64,000 nt of DNA from Myxococcota bacterium. GTDB taxonomy: Bacteria; Myxococcota_A; UBA9160; UBA4427. The translations under genes and the position numbers were made by a program. The notes beneath the pieces were generated by a model, which saw only the letters and a list, made by a program, of their open reading frames with translations, searched no databases and had not been told where the DNA came from. The stretch lies in assembly GCA_965250285.1 (NCBI GenBank), contig OZ252299.1:5600001-5664000 (forward strand). Direction: 5' to 3'. Shown here piece after piece: positions 20,249 to 28,396 of the stretch (the stretch's first letter is position 1; each line of letters begins with the position of its first letter).

Positions 20249-21349
20249 ATGCCGATCCCCCTCGTCGATCTGCAGATCATGCACCGTGAGATCGAGGCCG
20301 AGGTGAACGCCGCCTTCGACCGCATCATGTCGAGTGGTGCGTTCGTGCTCGGCCCTGACGTCGCCGAGTTCGAGTCGGCGTTCGCGCGCTACTGCGAAGT
20401 CGATCACTGCATCGGGGTGGCGAACGGGACCGATGCACTCGAGCTCGCGATGCGTGCGCTCGACATCGGCCCTGGCGACGAGGTCGTGCTGCCGGCCAAC
20501 ACGTTCATCGCGACGGCCCTCGCGGTCGCGCGCGTGGGTGCGACGCCAGTGCTCGTCGACGCGCGGGACGGCGATCTGCTGATCGATCCCGAGGCCGTCG
20601 AGGCCGCGGTCGGCGCATCGACGCGCGCGATCGTCGGGGTCGACCTCTTTGGCCAGGTGGCGCCGTTCGAGGCCCTCGTCCCCGTCGCGGAGCGCCACGG
20701 GCTCGCCCTGCTCGAAGACGCGGCCCAGAGCCAGGGCGCGCGTCGCGACGGGCGACGAGCCGGGTCGTTCGGCGACATCGCCGGCACGAGCTTCTACCCT
20801 GGCAAGAACCTCGGTGCCTACGGCGACGGGGGTGCAGTGACGACGGCGCGTGTCGACCTGGCCGATCGGATCCGCCGCCTGCGCAACTACGGCAGCGAGA
20901 TCAAGTACCACCACCCCGAGACCGGCTTCAACTCGCGCCTCGACACGCTCCAGGCAGCCGTGCTCAACGCAAAGCTCGCGCGCCTCGATGGCTGGAACGC
21001 ACAGCGACGCGCGGCCGCCGAGCACTACGACGCCCTGCTTGCCGACACGGCAGAGGTGCGTCTGCCCGTCACGGATCGGCGCAACGAACCCGTCTGGCAC
21101 ATCTATCAGGTGCGCGTCCCCAGACGCGACGACGTGCTCGAGAAACTGCATGCGGCCGGGATCGGTGCGGGCATCCACTACCCCGTGCCGATTCATCTGC
21201 AGGGCGCGTTCGCGTCGCTCGGGCAGGGCGAAGGTCGGTATCCGGTCTCGGAGGCGGCCGCCGGCGAGATGATCTCGCTGCCGCTCTTTCCGGGCATCAC
21301 CGAGGCCCAGCAGGCCGAGGTGGTGGACGCGCTACGCGGCGCGCTGTGA
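20249..21349 (+). CDS. DegT/DnrJ/EryC1/StrS family PLP-dependent sugar aminotransferase
   Basis: Motifs ANGTDAL, EDAAQSQG, SFYPGKNLGAYGDGG, GFNSRLDTLQAA and IHYPVPIH. Confidence 0.96.
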   Translation: MPIPLVDLQIMHREIEAEVNAAFDRIMSSGAFVLGPDVAEFESAFARYCEVDHCIGVANGTDALELAMRALDIGPGDEVVLPANTFIATALAVARVGATPVLVDARDGDLLIDPEAVEAAVGASTRAIVGVDLFGQVAPFEALVPVAERHGLALLEDAAQSQGARRDGRRAGSFGDIAGTSFYPGKNLGAYGDGGAVTTARVDLADRIRRLRNYGSEIKYHHPETGFNSRLDTLQAAVLNAKLARLDGWNAQRRAAAEHYDALLADTAEVRLPVTDRRNEPVWHIYQVRVPRRDDVLEKLHAAGIGAGIHYPVPIHLQGAFASLGQGEGRYPVSEAAAGEMISLPLFPGITEAQQAEVVDALRGAL

Positions 21350-23628
21350 GCGACGCCCCTGCGCCCGAGCCGGCGCCCCGCGAGCGGCGGTGGCTCTGGT
21401 GGGGCCCCGTGCTCGGCGCCGCCACGCTCGTCGTACTCATTCGAAGCCTCGGCTTCGAGTACGTGTTCGTCGACGGCGAGGTCGTGTTTCCGCCCGCTGA
21501 TCCTCAGTATCACTTGCGTCGTGGACTGCAGGTCTTCGAGCGGTTCCCGGACGTCTTGCTCTTCGATCCCTACATCAACTACCCGGGCGGGGCACCGATC
21601 CCCTGGCCCCCGCTCTACGACATCGTGATGGGCGCCGTGCCGCGCTTCGCCGGCGCCGACGAGCATGGCTTCGAGGTCTTCGCCGCGTGGCTGAGCCCGC
21701 TGTGTGCGCTGCTCGCGTGTGTGCCGATCGCGGGCATCGCAAGGCGGACGTCGGGCGAGCAGGGGCCGCGCGTGCCGGCGCTCGCCATCACGATCTTCGC
21801 GCTGGTCCCGCTGCTCGTGAGCTACGGCCGGGTCGGCATGGCCGACCATCACGCCGCCGTCTCGATGATCGGGGCGTGGCTGCTGCTCTGTTGCGTGGCG
21901 CAGGTCGACCCCGGCCTGGGTGAGCGATCGGCCCGCCGCTGGATGTGGGCCCACGTCGCGGCGCGCCTTGCGCTGCTGCTGACCTGGCACGGCAGCCTGC
22001 TCTACCTGGGCATCGCCGAGGGGAGCCTGGCGCTGGCGTTCATCTCGACGGGCCGCCGCGGTCTCGCGCTTCATCAGGCGATCGGCGCGGCGGTGACGGC
22101 CTTGGTCCTCGTGCCCGTGCTCGCGGTGATGCCGACGCCGCTCGGCGGCCCGTATTCGGCGATCGCGCTCTCGCGTCTCCACGTGATCGCGATGCTCGGC
22201 GTCGCGATGGTTCTCGGGGCCGGGTTGCTCGCGACGCGGCAGTCGGCGCTCGATGCGCCCATCGCTCGACTCGGCGCGCTCGCGCTGGCATCGCTGGTGT
22301 TCATCGCGGGCGTGCTCGCGTTGCCCGGGCCGCGCGAGGGGCTCGGCCCGGCGCTCGAGTTTCTCACCATGACCGATGGCGTCGGGGACGTGACGGGCGA
22401 GCAGCTGCCGATCTTCGATCTCGGAGCGCGCCGGGCCATCAAGCCGTTTCCGTTGGTGTGGAGCTGGTGGGCGCCGCTGATTCCGCTCGTGCCGATCGGC
22501 GTCGCGCTGGTCGCGCGTCGCCAGCCGCCGGGCAGCGCGGGTCGCGCCGCGGCGTGGATGCTCTGCCTCTGGACCGCGATCTTCGGCGCGCTCGCGATCA
22601 CCCAGCGCCGCTACGGCAACGACTTCGGCCCGGCGGCGGCCGTCGGCCTGGCCCTGGGGTTCGTCTGGTTGGCGGATGCGCTCGCCGCGCGCCTCGTCGC
22701 ATCGCCCCGGCGTTCGGCGGTCGCGACGAGCCTGGCGCTGCTGTTCGTCCTCCTGACGGCATGGCCGGCGCTGGCGCGCGTCCATGGCCCGCGCGCCGTG
22801 TCGAGCTGGCGCGCGCTGCGCGGTGACGAGGCGATCCGCGTTCAGGCGCGCACGGGCATTGGCGCAACGCTGTCGCGATTCCTGCGGCAGGTGCGACACC
22901 GGACGCCCGAGACGGCGGGCTACTTCGACGACGCGGGTGAGCCCGAGTACGGCGTCATTGCGCATCCGAATCTCGGCCACGCGATTCAGTACGAAGCGCG
23001 CCGGCCGACGGCGACCGACCCCTTCTGGGCCTACATCGGGCGCGAGAACTGGGCGCTGACCCAGGGCTTCGTCGAAGCGACCGACGAGGCCGAGGCCCGC
23101 GTGCTCGCCGATCGGCTCGACGGTCGCTACGTGATCACGATGCCGCAGCTGCCGCCGGGCTCGGTGATGCAGCGACTGCACGACGGCTATGGCACGGCGA
23201 CGCGCGACGCGCCGGGGCTCGGGCACTTCCGCTTCGTCGCCGAGGCGCCGAGCGGCGCGCCGGCGCTCGGCGAAGTGTTCCAACCCGGTGCCGCGCGCCG
23301 GGGCTCGCCCTACAAGCTCTTCGAGATCGTGGCCGGCGCCGACCTCGTGTTCGCATGCCCGGCGGGCACGCGCGCCCGGGTGCAGGCCCGCATCGAGCAC
23401 GGTCGCGGCACGTTCGTGTGGCGGACCCACGCGTTGGCCGACGAGACGGGTCGGGTGAGGGTGCGCATCCCCTATGCAACGGCGAACGGCGAGGCGGCGG
23501 GCGGTGGCGTGGCCGATGGACCGCTGCGCGTCGAGTGCGGCGATCGAGCCTGGCCCGTGCGGATCCCGGCCGGCGCTGTTCGCGAAGGCCGCGAGGTGAC
23601 GGCCCCCGCGCCGCCGCCCGTCGGCTGA
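21346..23628 (+). CDS. STT3/AglB-like oligosaccharyltransferase with a non-canonical WWDYG motif
   Basis: Motifs ADPQYHLRR, FDPYINYPGGAPIPWPPLYD, ADHH, VTGE and QRRY; about 13 TM helices; then YGVIAHPNLGHAIQYEARRPTATDPF. Confidence 0.85.
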   Translation: MSDAPAPEPAPRERRWLWWGPVLGAATLVVLIRSLGFEYVFVDGEVVFPPADPQYHLRRGLQVFERFPDVLLFDPYINYPGGAPIPWPPLYDIVMGAVPRFAGADEHGFEVFAAWLSPLCALLACVPIAGIARRTSGEQGPRVPALAITIFALVPLLVSYGRVGMADHHAAVSMIGAWLLLCCVAQVDPGLGERSARRWMWAHVAARLALLLTWHGSLLYLGIAEGSLALAFISTGRRGLALHQAIGAAVTALVLVPVLAVMPTPLGGPYSAIALSRLHVIAMLGVAMVLGAGLLATRQSALDAPIARLGALALASLVFIAGVLALPGPREGLGPALEFLTMTDGVGDVTGEQLPIFDLGARRAIKPFPLVWSWWAPLIPLVPIGVALVARRQPPGSAGRAAAWMLCLWTAIFGALAITQRRYGNDFGPAAAVGLALGFVWLADALAARLVASPRRSAVATSLALLFVLLTAWPALARVHGPRAVSSWRALRGDEAIRVQARTGIGATLSRFLRQVRHRTPETAGYFDDAGEPEYGVIAHPNLGHAIQYEARRPTATDPFWAYIGRENWALTQGFVEATDEAEARVLADRLDGRYVITMPQLPPGSVMQRLHDGYGTATRDAPGLGHFRFVAEAPSGAPALGEVFQPGAARRGSPYKLFEIVAGADLVFACPAGTRARVQARIEHGRGTFVWRTHALADETGRVRVRIPYATANGEAAGGGVADGPLRVECGDRAWPVRIPAGAVREGREVTAPAPPPVG

Positions 23629-23670
23629 TGGGGAGCCGCCTGCTGACGGCGAGCCGCCGGGTCGGCCGCG

Positions 23671-25329
23671 TCATTCGACGCGGAAGCGGCCGTCGAAGAT
23701 CAGCAGATGGGGGCGCGGGACGCGCACGGTGTAGAACGCGGGGGCGCCTTCGCCGTCGCGGTGCACGTCGATCTCGAGCCCCTGCGCGCGCGCGACTTCG
23801 AGCAGACGCGGGCCGAGGCCGAAGAGGTCGGTCGCCTCGTCGTGAACGAGGTATCGCGTCCCTGCATCGCCGCGATGGGCCCAGGGGCGACCGCTGCGAA
23901 GCGTGGCCGGGATCTCCCAGATGGCTTCGCGCACGTCGGCCGAGCGCGTGAGAAAGAGCAGAGGCTCGTGGAAGCCCCAGTCGAGACTCACGGCCTGACC
24001 GCCGTCGCGCTCGAGCACCGTGGCGAACTCGGTGAGCGCGTGGGTCCAGCGGCCGCGGCCGCCGGTCTGCTCGATCAGTGCGCGGGTATCGGCGATGCGA
24101 CCGACCTGTCCGGCGGCGACGAATCCGATCGCCACACTCAGCACCGCCCGGGCGAGCACCGCCCGCCGTCGATCCCGCCACGGCCGGACGTAGAGGTCGT
24201 AGACAGCGACGCCGATGACGGCGTGCCAGAGCGGGAAGACGTTCAGCTGGTGATGCGCGCGCACGGCACCGGGCAGCGCGACCATCCCGGCGGTGACCAG
24301 CGCGGTGGTCGCGAGGAGCCACGCGCGCAGCGCGACGTCGCGGCGCGCGCCTGCGTCGCCGCGACGTCGCAGGGTCTCGATGATGAGCAGCACGAAGCAG
24401 CCGAGCGCCGCCCCGAGCAGGGGCGTCGCCTCGGCGGGCGCTTCCAGCGTGCGCTCGAAGACACCGCCGGCCTCCATCAGCCGGTGAAAGCGCGTGCCGT
24501 CGAGGGTCTGCGTGAACAGCCAGAAGCGCTCGCTCGAGTCACCGCGATCGGCGATGGCCTCGCTGGTCGAGAACAAGGCGCCGAGGTTCGACCACATCGG
24601 CGCCGATGCGACGAGCAGCAGCGCGGCGCCCGCGAAGAGCGCCGGCCGGCGCGTACGAAGCGCCTCGCTGACCAGATCGCGGCGGAAGGCCAGCAGCGCA
24701 AGCCCGGCCGCGGCCAGCACCACGGCGAAGTCGGCGCGGCTGTAGATGCCGAGCCCGAACGCGAGCCCAGACAGGCCTGCCCACGCGATGCCCATCGCGC
24801 CGCGCGCGCGCCACGCGGCGAGCAACGCGCAGGCGCCGGCCGAGCGACACAGGAGGTTCGTCGTGAACGGTCCCCACTCGAACTGCGCCAGAAAGAAGAA
24901 GCTCGGGTCGCTCAGGGCGAGCAGGCCCGTCACGATCGCAGCCGGTGCGCCGAAGAGGGCGGCGATCCACAGCATCGCGAGGCCGAGCGCGACGAGGGCG
25001 GTGGCGCACGTCGTCACGCGCAGCACACGGGGGGTGGCGCCGAAGACCGCAAACGCCGGGATCGCGAGCTGGCTCTTGAGCGAGCCGAGGTAGGCGGCGT
25101 TGTACGTGGGGAACGGTCGGCCGAACACCTCGACCGAGCGCACACTGCCGGGGTGGGTCGAGGGTCGCCCGACGTCGACGAAATCGCGGGCCTGCTGGGC
25201 CATGAAGGCCTCGTCGTAGTAGAGGCCAAGCCGGTCGGCGTCGTTCCAGGCGAAGCCGAGTACGATGCTCGAGCCCAGCGCCCACGTGAGGGCGACGACC
25301 AGCAGGGGACGACCCAGGACCGTCGTCAA
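23671..25329 (-). CDS. Polytopic GT-C-type (ArnT-like) glycosyltransferase
   Basis: GLYYDEAF follows TM1; also YLGSLKS and multiple TM helices. TTG 25329 overlaps the TGA of the upstream methyltransferase. Confidence 0.7.
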   Translation of the reverse strand: MTTVLGRPLLVVALTWALGSSIVLGFAWNDADRLGLYYDEAFMAQQARDFVDVGRPSTHPGSVRSVEVFGRPFPTYNAAYLGSLKSQLAIPAFAVFGATPRVLRVTTCATALVALGLAMLWIAALFGAPAAIVTGLLALSDPSFFFLAQFEWGPFTTNLLCRSAGACALLAAWRARGAMGIAWAGLSGLAFGLGIYSRADFAVVLAAAGLALLAFRRDLVSEALRTRRPALFAGAALLLVASAPMWSNLGALFSTSEAIADRGDSSERFWLFTQTLDGTRFHRLMEAGGVFERTLEAPAEATPLLGAALGCFVLLIIETLRRRGDAGARRDVALRAWLLATTALVTAGMVALPGAVRAHHQLNVFPLWHAVIGVAVYDLYVRPWRDRRRAVLARAVLSVAIGFVAAGQVGRIADTRALIEQTGGRGRWTHALTEFATVLERDGGQAVSLDWGFHEPLLFLTRSADVREAIWEIPATLRSGRPWAHRGDAGTRYLVHDEATDLFGLGPRLLEVARAQGLEIDVHRDGEGAPAFYTVRVPRPHLLIFDGRFRVE

Positions 25330-25934
25330 ACCGGATCCGTTCGCAGCCGCGCGACGAAGTGAAGCCCGCGATCGAAGAACAGGCTCGCCGGAAACGGATA
25401 GAGCCCGAGGCGCGACTTCCACGTCTCGACCTCGAGCCCCACGTCGGCGAGCACGGCGCGCCACTCGCGCTCGCTCCAGTAGAGATGGGGCACGGCGACG
25501 CCGTGGCGAGCGTTGCCGACCCGGTCCATGAAACGCAGCGTCGCCTCGGCGAAGGGGCCATCGCGCGTGTGATCCTTCAGCAGGACCCAGCTGCGTGCGA
25601 CACGCTTCGCGTCGTTCAAGAGCCTGCGGGCCTGCTCGGTGTGGTGGAGCACGTCGACGAAGAGCACGACGTCGACCGCATCGTCTTCGGCGGGCAGATG
25701 CGCGCCATCGAAACGCTCGACCGGAATCGCCGTGTCATCGCGGACGAGGACGTCGACGCCGCGAACCGAGATGTCGGGGCGCACCTGCTCGATCGCGCGC
25801 GCCAGTCGGCCGTCGCCGCTGCCCACGTCGAGCACGCTCGCGGCTTCGGGCAGCAGGGGCGCGAGGTGATCGACGAGGATGCGCACGCGCCGGTCGACGA
25901 CGGTGTGGCGATGCATGTGCTCGACGGCGTTCAT
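25326..25934 (-). CDS. Class I SAM-dependent methyltransferase
   Basis: Motifs VLDVGSGDG, GVDV and DVLHH. Confidence 0.92.
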   Translation of the reverse strand: MNAVEHMHRHTVVDRRVRILVDHLAPLLPEAASVLDVGSGDGRLARAIEQVRPDISVRGVDVLVRDDTAIPVERFDGAHLPAEDDAVDVVLFVDVLHHTEQARRLLNDAKRVARSWVLLKDHTRDGPFAEATLRFMDRVGNARHGVAVPHLYWSEREWRAVLADVGLEVETWKSRLGLYPFPASLFFDRGLHFVARLRTDPV

Positions 25935-25968
25935 CGAAGAGGCGCCCCCTCGACGACACGTTGGCCGG

Positions 25969-27138
25969 TCACCGGCGATGCATCCCCAGAATCGACACGA
26001 AGAAGCCCGAGAGGATCGTCTGGAAACCCAGCGCGGCGAGCGTGACGCCGGGGATCACCCAGCGCAGCGTCGCCGGGTAGTCGAGCGCCCCGAAATCGTG
26101 CGCGAACCAGGTCGAAGCGGTCTGGCCGATCATCGCGAGCCCGGCGACGAACGCAGCGGCGCCGATCAACAGGCCGCGCTCGAGCGTGGCCCAGCCGTAG
26201 AAGCGCTCGAGCCGCGCGTCGGGTGGCATCAGCCCGACGGTCGTGGCGAACGTCTTGCTGAAGATGGCGAAGAGGATCGACTGATAGCCGAGCAGCAGCG
26301 ACAGGCTTGCGACGAGCAGCGTGTGGACGCCGATCTGCGCGGGCCCGATGCGAATGCCGGGCAGCGCCAGCACGTAGCCCAGCAGGCCGGCGATCACGAG
26401 CAACGCGCCGGGCGCGAGGAAGAGCCAGCGCGGGCTGTACATGAGGAAGAAGCGGACCGTGCGCCATCCGTCTCGGAACGTGCGCAGGTGCGGGCCGTGT
26501 GACTCGCGTCCGTCGGGATGCAGCGTGATCGGCACCTCGTCGATGCGGGCCCCGAGCAGCGTCGACTTGATGATCATCTCGGTGGCGAACTCCATACCCG
26601 CGCAGCGCTGCTCGAGCCGGTCGTAGAGCTTCTTCGTGAAGCCGCGCATGCCGCAGTACACGTCGTGGATCGGCGTGCGAAACATGAAGCGAACCATGCG
26701 CGTGAGCATCGGGTTGCCGAGCCATCTGTGGAGCGGAGGCATGGCGCCCGGCAGCACGCGTCCGCCGCCCCAGGGCAGGCGGCAGCCCTGTACGAGATCG
26801 GCCCCCGCGCGCAGCTTCTCGACGAACTTCGGGATCTCGAGAAAGTCGTAGCTGTCGTCGGCGTCGCCCATCAGCACGAAGCGGCCGCGAGCCTCGGCGA
26901 TGCCGCCCATGAGCGCGCTGCCGTAGCCGCGCTCGCTCACGTGCACGACGCGCGCGCCCAGCTCTTCGGCGATGGAGACCGATGCATCGGTCGAGCCGTT
27001 GTCGGCCACGATGATCTCGCCCACGATCTCGTGCTCGGTGAAGGCGGTCTGCGCCTTGCGAATGCAGGTCGCGAGCGTGTCCGCTTCGTTGAGGCACGGC
27101 ATCACGACGCTGAGCTCGATGGAATCTCCGGCTTCCAT
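25969..27138 (-). CDS. GT2 polyprenyl-phosphate glycosyltransferase with C-terminal TM helices
   Basis: Motifs SVVMPCLNEA, ADNGSTD, RGYGSAL, MGDADDSYD and GMEFATEM; four C-terminal TM segments. Confidence 0.93.
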   Translation of the reverse strand: MEAGDSIELSVVMPCLNEADTLATCIRKAQTAFTEHEIVGEIIVADNGSTDASVSIAEELGARVVHVSERGYGSALMGGIAEARGRFVLMGDADDSYDFLEIPKFVEKLRAGADLVQGCRLPWGGGRVLPGAMPPLHRWLGNPMLTRMVRFMFRTPIHDVYCGMRGFTKKLYDRLEQRCAGMEFATEMIIKSTLLGARIDEVPITLHPDGRESHGPHLRTFRDGWRTVRFFLMYSPRWLFLAPGALLVIAGLLGYVLALPGIRIGPAQIGVHTLLVASLSLLLGYQSILFAIFSKTFATTVGLMPPDARLERFYGWATLERGLLIGAAAFVAGLAMIGQTASTWFAHDFGALDYPATLRWVIPGVTLAALGFQTILSGFFVSILGMHRR

Positions 27139-27314
27139 GCGCCAATCCTACAGCAACGGCGACGCGCGTCGGGCGGGGCGCTGCTACTCGAGGAAGTCGA
27201 CACGCAGGGGACCGGCAGGCACGAACGCGTTTCGTCCTGCGACGTCCGTGCGCGGGGCGTTCGACCCGGCGACGACGTGCGGGTGAGCGGGGCGATGGCG
27301 TATGCTCCCGCGCC

Positions 27315-28379
27315 ATGTCGAACGGGAACCCCGAGAGTGAGAGCGCACGCGACACGCTCGAGAACGCCGGGCCCGTTCTCGTGGTCGGCGGCGCCGGCTA
27401 CATCGGTTCACACATGCTGCGACTGCTCGTTCGAGAGGGCGTCGAATGCGCCGTCTTCGACGATCTCTCGACCGGCCACCGCGAGGCCGTCGGCGAGGCC
27501 AGGCTCCATGTCGCCAGCCTGGCGGATCGTGAGGCGCTCTCACGCGCCTTCGAGCAAGAGCGCCCCCGCTGCGTGATCCACTTCGCGGCCAAGTCGTATG
27601 TGGGCGAATCGGTCGAACGACCCGCGTTCTACTGGCGCGAGAATCTTGTGAACACGTGGAATCTGCTGGAGACGATGCGCGAGCACGACTGTGAGCGCAT
27701 CGTCTTCTCGTCGACGTGCGCGACGTTCGGCGTGCCCGAACACTCGCCGATCGAAGACGATGCGCCGCAGAAGCCGATCACGGCCTACGGCCGCAGCAAG
27801 CTCGCGATCGAGCACATGCTCGACGACTACGCGATCGCCTATGGCCTGCGCTACGTCGCGCTTCGCTACTTCAACGCCGCTGGCGCGCACCACGATGGCG
27901 ATCTCGGTGAGGATCACGATCCCGAGACCCATCTGATCCCGATCGTGCTCGAGGTCGCCGCGGGGCGCCGCGACGAGCTGTTGATGTTCGGCGACGACTA
28001 TCCGACACCCGACGGCACCTGCATTCGCGACTACATCCACGTCGAAGACCTCGCAGATGCCCACCTCGCGGCGGCGAAGCTGCTCGCGCGCGAGCCCACG
28101 ACGCTGTGCTGCAACCTCGGCACCGGGCGCGGCTATTCGGTGCGCGAGATCGCCGAGGTCGCGCGCCGGGTGACCGGGCATGCGATCCCCTCGCGCGTCG
28201 TCGATCGGCGCCCGGGTGACCCGCCCGAGCTGGTCAGCGGGGGGGGCCGCGCGAAGCAGGTGCTCGGCTTCGCGCCGAAGCGAAGCGACCTCGATGCGAT
28301 CATCGAAGACGCCTGGCGATTCCATCGCTCGCACCCGGATGGCTACGGCTCCGACTCGCCCTCCGACGCAAAGCGGTAA
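27315..28379 (+). CDS. galE: UDP-glucose 4-epimerase
   Basis: Motifs GGAGYIGSH, FSSTCA, YGRSK, LRYFNAAGA, GEDHDPETHLIP and DGTCIRDYIHV. Confidence 0.95.
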   Translation: MSNGNPESESARDTLENAGPVLVVGGAGYIGSHMLRLLVREGVECAVFDDLSTGHREAVGEARLHVASLADREALSRAFEQERPRCVIHFAAKSYVGESVERPAFYWRENLVNTWNLLETMREHDCERIVFSSTCATFGVPEHSPIEDDAPQKPITAYGRSKLAIEHMLDDYAIAYGLRYVALRYFNAAGAHHDGDLGEDHDPETHLIPIVLEVAAGRRDELLMFGDDYPTPDGTCIRDYIHVEDLADAHLAAAKLLAREPTTLCCNLGTGRGYSVREIAEVARRVTGHAIPSRVVDRRPGDPPELVSGGGRAKQVLGFAPKRSDLDAIIEDAWRFHRSHPDGYGSDSPSDAKR

Positions 28380-28396
28380 TCGACGAGGACGCTCTC

